Shown in pieces: positions 9,655 through 18,876 of a DNA stretch of 64,000 nucleotides; positions within the stretch are counted from its first letter, which is position 1, and every line of letters begins with the position of its first letter. The position numbers and the translations under genes are program-made. Origin of the DNA: Dehalococcoidia bacterium (GTDB lineage: Bacteria > Chloroflexota > Dehalococcoidia > Plut-88900); NCBI GenBank assembly GCA_965249275.1, contig CBDFLQ010000006.1:832001-896000 (forward strand), given 5' to 3'. The notes below the pieces were generated by a model, which did no database searches, was not told the DNA's origin, and saw only the letters and a program-made list of their open reading frames with translations.

Positions 9655-9682
9655 TTGACGGTGAAAAGGGGTGTGGTAACAT
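9655..9682 (+). promoter_or_regulatory. Promoter of tRNA-Phe/tRNA-Leu
   Basis: TTGACG-N16-TAACAT with extended -10 TG. Confidence 0.65.
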
Positions 9683-9693
9683 ATATCGCTGAC

Positions 9694-9769
<76 letters not shown>

Positions 9770-9796
9770 CTACCCACCCCCGCCGAACGATCCAGG

Positions 9797-9883
9797 GCCG
9801 AAGTGGCGGAATAGGCAGACGCGGTGGTCTCAAAAACCACTGGGGGAAACCCTGTCCCGGTTCGAGTCCGGGCTTCGGCACCA
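9797..9883 (+). tRNA. tRNA-Leu (CAA)
   Basis: 87-nt cloverleaf with long variable arm, loop CTCAAAA, GGTTCGAGTCC, CCA end. Confidence 0.96.
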
Positions 9884-9907
9884 ACGGCGTTGCTTTATCT
9901 ATCAACC

Positions 9908-10198
9908 ATGAACAGTTACGATGAAAGCGGCATAGACAACCTTCCTTTTGAAGAGTACGCGCAGGTCATGGCCGACCGGGGCGCCGCCGAGCACGGAGAC
10001 CCTGAAAAGCCCAAGCTCTCCTTCAAGGAAATTGCCGCGAGCGACATGACTTTTGCCGAGATTGAGGCGGAATATGGCGAAGAGACCGCCATTAACTCCG
10101 GCATCGCCAGGGACCCCGACACTTGGGAATGGACTGATGAAGACTTTGCCCGCGCACGCCCCTATCGTGAGTTTCTAGCCCAGACTACAGAGGGCTAG
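9908..10198 (+). CDS. Acidic protein resembling the BrnA antitoxin N-terminal region (no RHH domain)
   Basis: IARDPDTWEWTDEDFARARP motif; ATG at 9908. Confidence 0.55.
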   Translation: MNSYDESGIDNLPFEEYAQVMADRGAAEHGDPEKPKLSFKEIAASDMTFAEIEAEYGEETAINSGIARDPDTWEWTDEDFARARPYREFLAQTTEG

Positions 10199-10263
10199 GG
10201 GGAAGTGGCGGAATAGGTAGGCGCGGTGGTCTCGAGAATTGTTGGGAGGAACGGGGGTTGAGT
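10199..10263 (+). pseudogene. Decayed duplicate of tRNA-Leu
   Basis: 10202..10233 matches 9800..9831 at 30 of 32 nt; weaker similarity continues through the variable arm. Confidence 0.75.
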
Positions 10264-10286
10264 GAAAAGGAAGAAATAGGAGGAGT

Positions 10287-10655
10287 ATGAGGAATCCGAT
10301 TGAAAATGCAGTCATTGAAGCAATGCGATCCAAGGAATTAATAAGTGGAGAGTCATTAGATGATTTCTTGGACACACTCGCGAATCCGGAGTGGGACAAC
10401 TTCTTTGACGCTTGCCAAGGGCCTCTAGACATGTATTTAGATGCACTCACGAATCCTGATTTGCGTAACTTACTTAATACTTGTACAGAACTTGCCGAAA
10501 TAGCTTCCTCCAAGCTAGAGGAACGCACCGCTGCACGACAAACATTCGCACTTATTACCACCCTTAGCGCCCTCAATGATATTGGCGTAGACTGGTCAAA
10601 TGTTGACATAGACAAGACCGTCGAAACTGGTAAGCTGACCATCAAAGCACTCTAG
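10287..10655 (+). CDS. Hypothetical protein (lower-GC islet)
   Basis: AGGAGGAG RBS, 122-aa acidic, probably helical ORF. Confidence 0.75.
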   Translation: MRNPIENAVIEAMRSKELISGESLDDFLDTLANPEWDNFFDACQGPLDMYLDALTNPDLRNLLNTCTELAEIASSKLEERTAARQTFALITTLSALNDIGVDWSNVDIDKTVETGKLTIKAL

Positions 10656-10687
10656 TGAGCTGAGACCATAGAGGCTTGATCCAGCCT

Positions 10688-11873
10688 ATGAGCACAAAAT
10701 CTCCCGAACTAAAAGAATACAAAGTAACAACATGGCAATACAATCTGTATCATCATACAGGTGTCGATATAGATGATTCTCTCTGGAAGTTCCTCCCCAT
10801 CGGACTCCTGATCACCATTCCAACTGTTTTCTGGATCGCTTTTGCAATCACTCAAGACTGGGGCGAAGCATTATTTTATGCACTTGTATTGAGCATTGTA
10901 CCACCTCCTTCCGTTGTTACTATCCTTGTTGGTTGGTTAATTGTCTCCGCATTGCTGAAAATCATGAGATTTCTCTTGTTGTTTAGCAGTATTGGTTCCC
11001 GTATTAAGTTGTACGAAGAGGCAATGGAACTCCAGCGGATTATCCAAAAGGGAAATCATAGGGCACGGCGAGAAAATGGGAGGGCACGGCTACAGGTTGA
11101 AGAGGCAATGTGGAAATCGGGAAAGGCTCTGCAAGGGGCCGAAAGCCACAACCAAGAGAGCGACAGGCTTAAGCGCATAGCTGAACAAGCATACCTGCGC
11201 GAGGATTCGAGAAGACAAGCTGAGAGAGCGCAGCAAGAAGCTGAAGAAGAACGTGAGAGGGTACGTCGAGAGGCTGAAAGAGCGCAAGAAGAAGCCGAAA
11301 GAAAACGTGAGAGGGCACGCGGAGAGGCTGAGAGAGCACAGCAAGAAGCCGAAAGAAAACGTCGTAGAAAACTTCGAGACTTCTGGATGTCGTTGAGTGG
11401 GAGAGAGTTTGAGCACGAACTAGCGACTCTATATAGAAAGCAAGGTTACGAAGTCCAATCCACTCCCACTTCAGGGGATGGAGGCGTTGATCTCATTATC
11501 AGAAAGAATGGGGAGAAAATCGTCGTACAGTGTAAAAGTCACAAATATCCCGTTGGGCCAGCAATTGTCAGGGAGTTATACGGGAGCATGCATCATTTCA
11601 GTGCTGATAGCGCGATCCTAGCGTGTACCGGGGGATTTACGTCGGGTGTTCGGGATTTTGTGAAAGGCAAGCCGATAGAGCTTATTTCGGCACCAGGGTT
11701 GGTTATGATGGCTAACGGGCGTGAGGATAGAGGAACGCCTAAAGAACAAGGCAACATAGCAGGCCCCACGATGCCCAAGATGTAGAAGAGAGATGCGGTT
11801 GGTGTCTGGTAGATATATCAAATTCTGGGGATGCACGGGATATCCAGGATGCCGGGCCACTAAGGATGCGTGA
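10688..11873 (+). CDS. Membrane-anchored Mrr-like restriction endonuclease with coiled coil; C-terminal C4 zinc ribbon frameshifted
   Basis: N-terminal TM segments; LSGREFE, GDGGVDL, VVQCK, VRELYG, GFT Mrr_cat motifs; main frame stops at 11785 and the +1 frame encodes CPRC...FWGCTGYPGC to 11873; start uncertain (10676 or 10688). Confidence 0.8.
11219..11362 (+). repeat. 54-bp coding tandem repeat, about 2.7 copies
   Basis: AERAQQEAEEERERVRRE / AERAQEEAERKRERARGE / AERAQQEAERKR. Confidence 0.85.
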
Positions 11874-12600
11874 GGGCTTGGACTTAAAAAAGGACAAGGG
11901 GTTGCCGGATGAAGTTTGTGGGCATGGTAACAAAGAGGTATTGCACGGTATGGAACCGCGCATGTACACCTATACCCTCGACTATGCCGACCAATTGTGT
12001 GTGCAATTAGTAGGTTTCGAGGGTCTTGAGCCGTTTGAAGTGATATACCTCAATACACTCAGGGTGGGGCTTGAATATCTCAACAGATTAGTTGAGGAAG
12101 AGGAAGCCCGGGTCGCAAATGAAGATGACCCTTCGGGTTACTATACAAATGCTCAACTCATCACTTGTATCTTTAATTGGTATTCGGTAACAGCCTGCGA
12201 CTATGTAAAAACGGTTGGCCGGATATTCTATAAAGGAAACAAGGGAAAAGTTAACGCATATCAGGAAAAGGTGATACCAATTGAGTACCACTGGCGTAAC
12301 CAGGTTGGTGCACATGGTACATTCGCAACCCCTCCATTCGGACACATAGTCAAAGTTGCGATAGGCGTTAACGAAGATCATGACCTAGCATATTCCAAGT
12401 TCGCAAAAGCTGCGAGAGGCCAAATGTATAGCACCTTCCCTGCACCACATGTCCAATTCAGAGACAGTGTCTTCGTTGCAGGCATGTCGCTGGGAATCCC
12501 TTCGCCATCAGGAGAGGGACATGTCGAAGACATGACTTGGAGCTTGACCCGTACTCATACAGCACTAGCAAAGCGTTATTGGCCCGACGTTCAAGCCTAA
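11866..12600 (+). CDS. Hypothetical protein (lower-GC islet); true start may be near 11950
   Basis: Long ORF in AT-richer DNA, no recognised motif. Confidence 0.65.
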   Translation: MREGLDLKKDKGLPDEVCGHGNKEVLHGMEPRMYTYTLDYADQLCVQLVGFEGLEPFEVIYLNTLRVGLEYLNRLVEEEEARVANEDDPSGYYTNAQLITCIFNWYSVTACDYVKTVGRIFYKGNKGKVNAYQEKVIPIEYHWRNQVGAHGTFATPPFGHIVKVAIGVNEDHDLAYSKFAKAARGQMYSTFPAPHVQFRDSVFVAGMSLGIPSPSGEGHVEDMTWSLTRTHTALAKRYWPDVQA

Positions 12601-12646
12601 TCCATAACGGCTAAGCAACGCACATACATATCCACTGGAGACTTAC

Positions 12647-14902
12647 ATGGACGTAGTCGGGTATACGGATAGGCCGAGTGTGAAGGTTGGGGAGACCGTG
12701 AAGTTCATGGTGAGCTCTCGGGGGGAGGCGTACCGGGCGGATATTGTGAGGTTGATTCATGGGGACCCGAATCCGACGGGACCTGGGCTCAGGGAAGAGG
12801 TCTTCGAGTCGTCGATCAATGGCGAATACGCGGGTCGGGAGCAGGTCATAACGAAGGGCTCCTACGTCGTTGTTCCCGACAACCCCCTGATTCGCAACCC
12901 CAAGTCCGTATGCATCCAGGCCTGGATATGGCCCACCACCCCCGATAAAGGGTTGCAGGGCATCGTGACCAAGTGGTCGGGGGCCGATTCACGGGGGTAC
13001 GGGCTCTTCATTAACGAGCAAGGCTGTTTGAGCTTCAGGCTCGGGGATGGGGAAGGCTCGGTTGTCGAGGTTAGTTCCGAGGTTCCCCTCCATCGCTGGG
13101 TATGGTATTTCGTGGCGGCCAGCTTCGACGCCGACTCCAAGACGGTGGTCCTATCGCAGGAACCCGTCGCTCCCTGGCCCGACCAAGGCCTGCATAACGT
13201 CACCCGCTGGATAAGTGTGGCGTCGGGGCCCGGGCCAACCGACGCCCCTCTGATCATGGGCGCCTATTCCAACGGGACCGTCGATGGCAAACTGCAGGTA
13301 GAGGGCTATTACAACGGCAAGATCGACAGCCCGAGGCTCTTTGATTCCGGCCTGTACGCCGCCGATTTATCATCGCTGAAGCGGGGGGCGCAACCCTCGT
13401 CATTCGGGGGGAGCCTGATCGGGGATTGGGATTTTTCGAAGGACATCGGCTCGACTCGGGCCACGGACAGATCGGTGCATGCTCTTCACGGGCGTACGGT
13501 CAATAGACCGGCCAGGGGCATGACCGGCCACAACTGGACGGGTCGGGACAACGCCTTTCCTCTACGCCCCGAGGAATATGGCGCGATCCACTTCCACGAC
13601 GACGACCTGGATGACGCCGGTTGGGACGTGGACTTCGAGTTCACCGTACCGGAGGGGATGAAGAGCGGGGTGTACGCGGCTCGGCTCCAGGCCGGGGACG
13701 CCGTCGACCACGTCCCATTCTTCGTCCGCCCCGATACAGGCGCTCCCACCGCCCCCGCTGCCTTTCTAGTACCCACCTTCAGTTACATGGCCTACGGCAA
13801 CGGCCGCCACACCGAAGATACCGCCGGCAACTTCTCCGACTATTTCGTTCCCGGCTTCGAGTATCCGGTCAAACTGGAAGACCATTACATCGTCGATAAC
13901 GGCCTGGTCAGCCTCTACAACTCCCACACCGATGACTCGGGGGTGTGTCATTCGTCGTGGCTCAGGCCCATCGTCAACATGCGTCCCGGCTACTATTCGG
14001 TCGGGTTGGCCTCCGGCAAGGGGAGCCCGCATCAGCTCAGCGCCGACCTCCATCTCGTCGACTGGCTGGAAGCCGAGGGACACCCCTACGATGTCATAAC
14101 CGACCACGACCTGCACAAGGATGGGCTCGCCCTCCTGAAGTCCTATAAGGTGATAGTCACCGGCTCGCACCCCGAGTACTGGTCCACCGCCATGCTCGAC
14201 GCGATGGAGACCTACCTGCGGGATGGCGGCAGGCTCATGTACCTGGGCGGCAACGGCTTTTACTGGGTGACGGCCCTGGACCCGGAGTCGGGGCACACCA
14301 TCGAAATCCGGCGCTGGGGCGGCACCCAGACCTGGCGAGCCAACGCAGGCGAGACCCGGATCAGCTTTACGGGCGAGCCCGGAGGCATCTGGCGGGACAG
14401 GGGCCGTGCGCCCCAGCGGATGCTCGGCATCGGGTTCACCTCCCAGGGCAACGACGTCAACGCCCCATACCGCCGGGAACCCGGCAGCCGGAACCCGCAC
14501 ACCGAGTTCATCTTCGAAGGCATCGGGGATGACGAGCTTATCGGGGACTTCCCTTCTCTCGTGATGGACTACGGGGCCGCGGGCTTTGAGCTCGACAGGA
14601 TGGAGCCCCGGTTTGGGACCCCACCCCACACCATCCACCTGGCCACGGCCACGGGCTTCTCCGACTCCTACCAGCACGTCGTAGAGGAGGTCGACCAGTC
14701 GACGTCGAAGCAGGGCGGGACTACAAACCCACTGGTGAAGGCGGACATGGTCTACCTGCGCTATCCCAGGAACGGCGCCGCGTTCTCCGTGGGCTCCATC
14801 AGTTGGTGCGGAAGCCTCTCCTACAACGAATACGACAACACGGTGTCCCGGGTCACGGGGAACGTGCTGCGTCGGTTTTCTTCGGGGGAGGCTGTGCCTT
14901 AG
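12647..14902 (+). CDS. N,N-dimethylformamidase large subunit family protein
   Basis: RLIHGDPNPTGPG, LamG-like insert, YGAIHFHDDD, PTFSYMAYGN, GSHPEYWS, MYLGGNGFYW, GAAGFELD, FSVGSISWCGSL. Confidence 0.9.
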   Translation: MDVVGYTDRPSVKVGETVKFMVSSRGEAYRADIVRLIHGDPNPTGPGLREEVFESSINGEYAGREQVITKGSYVVVPDNPLIRNPKSVCIQAWIWPTTPDKGLQGIVTKWSGADSRGYGLFINEQGCLSFRLGDGEGSVVEVSSEVPLHRWVWYFVAASFDADSKTVVLSQEPVAPWPDQGLHNVTRWISVASGPGPTDAPLIMGAYSNGTVDGKLQVEGYYNGKIDSPRLFDSGLYAADLSSLKRGAQPSSFGGSLIGDWDFSKDIGSTRATDRSVHALHGRTVNRPARGMTGHNWTGRDNAFPLRPEEYGAIHFHDDDLDDAGWDVDFEFTVPEGMKSGVYAARLQAGDAVDHVPFFVRPDTGAPTAPAAFLVPTFSYMAYGNGRHTEDTAGNFSDYFVPGFEYPVKLEDHYIVDNGLVSLYNSHTDDSGVCHSSWLRPIVNMRPGYYSVGLASGKGSPHQLSADLHLVDWLEAEGHPYDVITDHDLHKDGLALLKSYKVIVTGSHPEYWSTAMLDAMETYLRDGGRLMYLGGNGFYWVTALDPESGHTIEIRRWGGTQTWRANAGETRISFTGEPGGIWRDRGRAPQRMLGIGFTSQGNDVNAPYRREPGSRNPHTEFIFEGIGDDELIGDFPSLVMDYGAAGFELDRMEPRFGTPPHTIHLATATGFSDSYQHVVEEVDQSTSKQGGTTNPLVKADMVYLRYPRNGAAFSVGSISWCGSLSYNEYDNTVSRVTGNVLRRFSSGEAVP

Positions 14903-14924
14903 GGGTTAAACCTGCTGACGCCTT

Positions 14925-15992
14925 TCACCCCTGAGTCCCGAGGTCGACGAGGTGTAGGGGTGTTTGGCCTCGGGCGAGCATGTCGACGTTCTCCATACCT
15001 ACCTTGAGGAAGTTTTCAAGGGTCTCGGGGTTGTAGGCGGCACGGTCGCCGGTCATGACAACGTTGTCCAGCTTGTGGATGCCCATGCGGGAGACAATTG
15101 GATTTGCGACGCCCCAGTGGATGAAAGGCACGGCATCCGAGGAGTCGGGCATCATATCGTAGTCCCACCACACGTCTGCTCCAAAGCCTGCGATCCAGTT
15201 CTCGGTCAGGGCCCTGTAGAGGGCCTCTTCGTCGACGATGCGGGCCCGGGCGACGTTGACGAGATAAGCCGTTGGTTTCATGGATTTCAGGGCGGCCTCA
15301 CCGATAAGCTTGTCTGTGGCGGGCATCCAAGGGATGCAAAGCTCGACGAAGTCCGATTCTTCCAGCACGCGGGAGAGGTCTTCGGGGCCGCCCAAGAAGT
15401 CGAGCCCCAGCTCTTCGACGAGGTCGGGGGCCGGGGTCCGCTTGGTAGCGAGAATACGCATCCCGAAGGCGCCGGCCCTCCGCGCGAGTTCCACCCCGAT
15501 AGCGCCCAAGCCAACGATTCCCATAGTCTTGCCAGCCAGCTCGCAGCCCATGGTATCTCGGGTGTAGGGGTACCAGGAGCCTTGGGCAATGGCTCGGTGG
15601 GCGGGGAGGACCCGCTTGGCCAGGGCCATTGTCTGTGCGAAAGCCATCTCCGCCACGGCTACAGCGTTGGCCCCGGCTATGTTGCCAAGCAATATGTTCC
15701 GTGCTCTCAGGGTGTTGAACGAGAAACCGAGGTCAGCACCGACTATCGAGCGGTGGGTTACGCCGGAGTGGAGCACCTGTACCAGCTGCACATTAGGGGC
15801 TTGTTCGATCATCTGCTCCGGTATGTATCCGCCGACGATGGCATCGGCGTCGGGGGCCACGGCTAGCAGGTCCTGGATATGGTAGGACTTTGGCGAAAGT
15901 ATCCGGCAAACATCGGAAACATAGCCCTGGAGTTTTCGCAGTTCGTCTTGGTTAACAGGCCAGGACAGCGCTATATTGAACATGTTAGACAA
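14925..15992 (-). CDS. D-isomer-specific 2-hydroxyacid dehydrogenase family protein
   Basis: NAVAVAE, GIVGLGAIG, LVNVARARIVDE. Confidence 0.88.
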   Translation of the reverse strand: MSNMFNIALSWPVNQDELRKLQGYVSDVCRILSPKSYHIQDLLAVAPDADAIVGGYIPEQMIEQAPNVQLVQVLHSGVTHRSIVGADLGFSFNTLRARNILLGNIAGANAVAVAEMAFAQTMALAKRVLPAHRAIAQGSWYPYTRDTMGCELAGKTMGIVGLGAIGVELARRAGAFGMRILATKRTPAPDLVEELGLDFLGGPEDLSRVLEESDFVELCIPWMPATDKLIGEAALKSMKPTAYLVNVARARIVDEEALYRALTENWIAGFGADVWWDYDMMPDSSDAVPFIHWGVANPIVSRMGIHKLDNVVMTGDRAAYNPETLENFLKVGMENVDMLARGQTPLHLVDLGTQG

Positions 15993-16085
15993 ACCTCCCC
16001 GAAATCATTGGAACGCCGCCGACCAGACAGTCCCACAGTATCATCACGCCACAACATAGTCACAGTAGAGGCATTAGTCCAGTTA

Positions 16086-16096
16086 TTGTCTGACAG
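16086..16096. promoter_or_regulatory. Possible GntR-family operator between divergent genes
   Basis: TGTC-T-GACA palindrome. Confidence 0.3.
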
Positions 16097-16216
16097 TCCT
16101 AAAGAGCGGAGCATCACTGACGGGCATTTCGTTGACTAGTCGCGAACCGCGCCATACCATTGGGCAATTGAGGCCGGGGTTAAGGTCACGCAGGTCCATC
16201 AGATGGGAGGAAGTCC

Positions 16217-17554
16217 ATGGCGAGCGTACTCGAGCGGTTGGAGAGTAGGACGCGGAAATCCCAGGAGGTGTTCAAGAGCACCCGGGAGGTCGTGGCGCAG
16301 GAGGTGGTGGGGACAGTCGACATGCCCTATCCCCTTTATATCAAGGATGCGAAGGGCTCCCGGATCACCGACGTCGACGGGAACGAGTACATTGACATGA
16401 CGATGGGGTTCGGGCCTCACATCCTGGGCCACGCCCCCGACGTAGTTGTGGAAGCGGTGACCGAGGCCGTGGCTCGGGGGCTGCAGTTCGGGCTTCACAA
16501 CCCGTACCAGGAGCCATTGGCGTCGCTAATGGTGGAGGCAGCGCCCTGTGCCGACAAGGTAGTCTTCACCAACTCCGGCACCGAGGCCACCATGTACGGC
16601 GTCCGCGTCGCGAGGTCTTTTACAGGCAAGAACAAGATTGGCATGTTCGACGGCGGCTATCACGGGGCGCATGACCAAGTGCTGGCCGGGGCTCGGCGTG
16701 AAAGCCCTCGCAACCGGCCCATAGCTCGGGGGTTGGGCGGGGGGATTCCCCTACAAACCACGGAGAACGTCATCCTGCTTCCCTACCGGGAGGATGAGGC
16801 ATTCGAGATTATCCGTGAGCACAAGGACGAGCTTGCAGTAGTGATGATCGAGGGTGTGCAGAGCTCCAACCCGAGGCTGGACCACGGAGACTTCCTTAGA
16901 CAATTGCAGCAGGTCTGCCGCGAATGCGAAGTCCTCTTCCTAATCGATGAGGTCATCACCGGGTTCAGGCTGGGGTACGGAGGCGCTCAGGAGTATTTCG
17001 ACGTCGTGCCGGACCTGGCGGCTTACGGAAAGATAATAGGGGGTGGGACGCCTATCGGCGCGCTGGCGGGGTCGGAGGAAATCATGCGGGTGTTCTCGGC
17101 GTCCCGGGAAGGGGACAAGTCCGGGCCTCGGCGGATCTTCTCCGGAGGGACCTTCAGCGGCAACCCCATCAGCATGATCGCCGGTCACGCCGCCGTGAAC
17201 CACCTGAAGAATCACCCAGAGCTGTATTCACAGCTTGAGGAGCGCGGGGCTCGGCTTTCCGAGGAGATCAACTCCTTCTGCATGGCCGAGGAGCTGCCCG
17301 TCCAGATGATGAGCGCCCAGTCCTTGTTCTATCTGCGCTTCCAAAGATCCCCGATAAACAGCTCCCGGGACATCGATTCTTCCCTGCATGACGCGGAGAT
17401 CCAGTTCTACCTCCACCTTTTGGACCGGGGAGTCATCGTGCCGGGGATACACCTGGGATTCACTTCCACAGCGCACAGTGATGAGGACGTGGACACGATA
17501 GTGGATGCGATGAAGGAGTCGCTAAAAGATGTACGCAAAATGGGGATGATGTAG
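16217..17554 (+). CDS. Class III PLP aminotransferase, glutamate-1-semialdehyde aminomutase-like paralog
   Basis: DVDGNEYID, NSGTEAT, YHG, DEVITGFR, YGKIIGGG, GTFSGNP. Confidence 0.88.
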   Translation: MASVLERLESRTRKSQEVFKSTREVVAQEVVGTVDMPYPLYIKDAKGSRITDVDGNEYIDMTMGFGPHILGHAPDVVVEAVTEAVARGLQFGLHNPYQEPLASLMVEAAPCADKVVFTNSGTEATMYGVRVARSFTGKNKIGMFDGGYHGAHDQVLAGARRESPRNRPIARGLGGGIPLQTTENVILLPYREDEAFEIIREHKDELAVVMIEGVQSSNPRLDHGDFLRQLQQVCRECEVLFLIDEVITGFRLGYGGAQEYFDVVPDLAAYGKIIGGGTPIGALAGSEEIMRVFSASREGDKSGPRRIFSGGTFSGNPISMIAGHAAVNHLKNHPELYSQLEERGARLSEEINSFCMAEELPVQMMSAQSLFYLRFQRSPINSSRDIDSSLHDAEIQFYLHLLDRGVIVPGIHLGFTSTAHSDEDVDTIVDAMKESLKDVRKMGMM

Positions 17555-17583
17555 CCCAACCCGTAAAGCAGGAGACTAGAGTT

Positions 17584-18798
17584 TTGAGCCCTAAACCTTT
17601 AGAAGGTGTCAAAGTCGTAGAAGTATCCAACTGGGTGTCGGGCCCGACCTGCGGCGTTATGCTGGCCGATTACGGGGCCGAGGTAATCAAGGTTGAACAT
17701 CTGCAGTCGGGTGGCGACCCGACAAGGGGCTGGATACCCAACATCGACCCTACGCCCGACCTGGTCAACTACGTCTTCGAGCAGATCAACCGGGGTAAGC
17801 GCAGCCTCGCGCTGGATCTCGGTTCCGAAAAGGGAAAGGAGATATTCGCGAGGCTTATCAAGGACACGGACGTAATGGTTACCAACTTGCGGGTCGGGAC
17901 AGCGGAGTCTCTCGGCATCGACTACGAGAGTTTAAGTGCGATCAATCCTGCTCTCGTCTACGGGAGGCTCACCGCCTATGGAATAGATGGGCCTGACAAA
18001 GACCGTCCCGGTTACGACATGCTGAGCTACTGGGCGCGTTCCGGCTTAATGTCGGCGATCAGTCCGGTGGAAGGGCCGCCTGTCGACCTACCATGTTCAC
18101 TAGGAGACGTAAACACCGGAACTTTCCTTTTCGGGGCCATAATGATGGCGCTTTACACGCGGGAGCGGACGGGCAAAGGGGCCGTGGTTGATACCTCCCT
18201 ATACAACGCCGGCATCTGGGGCAGCGCGGAGTCAATCTGGTCTATGCTGATCTCCGGCAGGCCTCTAAAGTCCCTTGCCGAATTCATTAGCATCAACCCA
18301 CTGGTCAAGTACTACCAGTGTGGCGACGGCAAATGGGCCCAACTGTGCCTGCTCCAGAGCGACCGAGCGTGGCTCCCCTTCTGCGCCGCCATTGCAAGAC
18401 CCGACCTAGCGGAAGAGGCTAAGTATGGGTCGCTCCAAGACAGGGCAGTCCACAGCGAGGAACTCACGGCCATCCTGAAGGCGCACTTCAAAACCCAACC
18501 GCGGGACCACTGGGCCGCACGGCTGGACAAGGCGGGCTTGCCGTGGGAGCCTATTTCCAGCATTGATGAAGTTGGGGTGAGTCCTCAGCTGGAGGCTACG
18601 GGTTCGATTGTAGAGGTGGAGCACCCGCAGCACGGCTCCCTCAAAGAGCTGGCCTCCCCCTTCCGCATTGGCAACGAGAGCTTTGCTTCAAATGTCTCGG
18701 CCCCTGAGTTCGGCGGGTCCACCAGGAACGTGCTGCTGGAACTGGGGTACACCTGGGAGGAGATTGTCGGGCTTAAGGAGTCGGGCGTGGTGATCTAG
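17584..18798 (+). CDS. Family III CoA-transferase (CaiB/BaiF)
   Basis: LADYGAEVIKVE, NRGKRSLALDL, RPGYD, LGD motif. Confidence 0.92.
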   Translation: MSPKPLEGVKVVEVSNWVSGPTCGVMLADYGAEVIKVEHLQSGGDPTRGWIPNIDPTPDLVNYVFEQINRGKRSLALDLGSEKGKEIFARLIKDTDVMVTNLRVGTAESLGIDYESLSAINPALVYGRLTAYGIDGPDKDRPGYDMLSYWARSGLMSAISPVEGPPVDLPCSLGDVNTGTFLFGAIMMALYTRERTGKGAVVDTSLYNAGIWGSAESIWSMLISGRPLKSLAEFISINPLVKYYQCGDGKWAQLCLLQSDRAWLPFCAAIARPDLAEEAKYGSLQDRAVHSEELTAILKAHFKTQPRDHWAARLDKAGLPWEPISSIDEVGVSPQLEATGSIVEVEHPQHGSLKELASPFRIGNESFASNVSAPEFGGSTRNVLLELGYTWEEIVGLKESGVVI

Positions 18799-18814
18799 GG
18801 CGGAATACCCGCAC

Positions 18815-18853
18815 AATAAAAAGCGTCGGCGCGGTGCGCCGACGCTTTTATTT
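18815..18853. terminator. Bidirectional intrinsic terminator
   Basis: AAAAAGCGTCGGCGC-GGT-GCGCCGACGCTTTT between convergent genes. Confidence 0.9.
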
Positions 18854-18876
18854 GCAATCTATTTCTTGATGAGGGT

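Noticed and set aside
9824-9907. 5' extension of the ORF into tRNA-Leu, and ORFs 9655..9924 and 9705..9905
   Set aside because: They overlap well-supported tRNA genes
16217-17554. Calling this gene hemL
   Set aside because: No tetrapyrrole context, divergent N-terminus, and pairing with a CoA-transferase; likely a catabolic paralog
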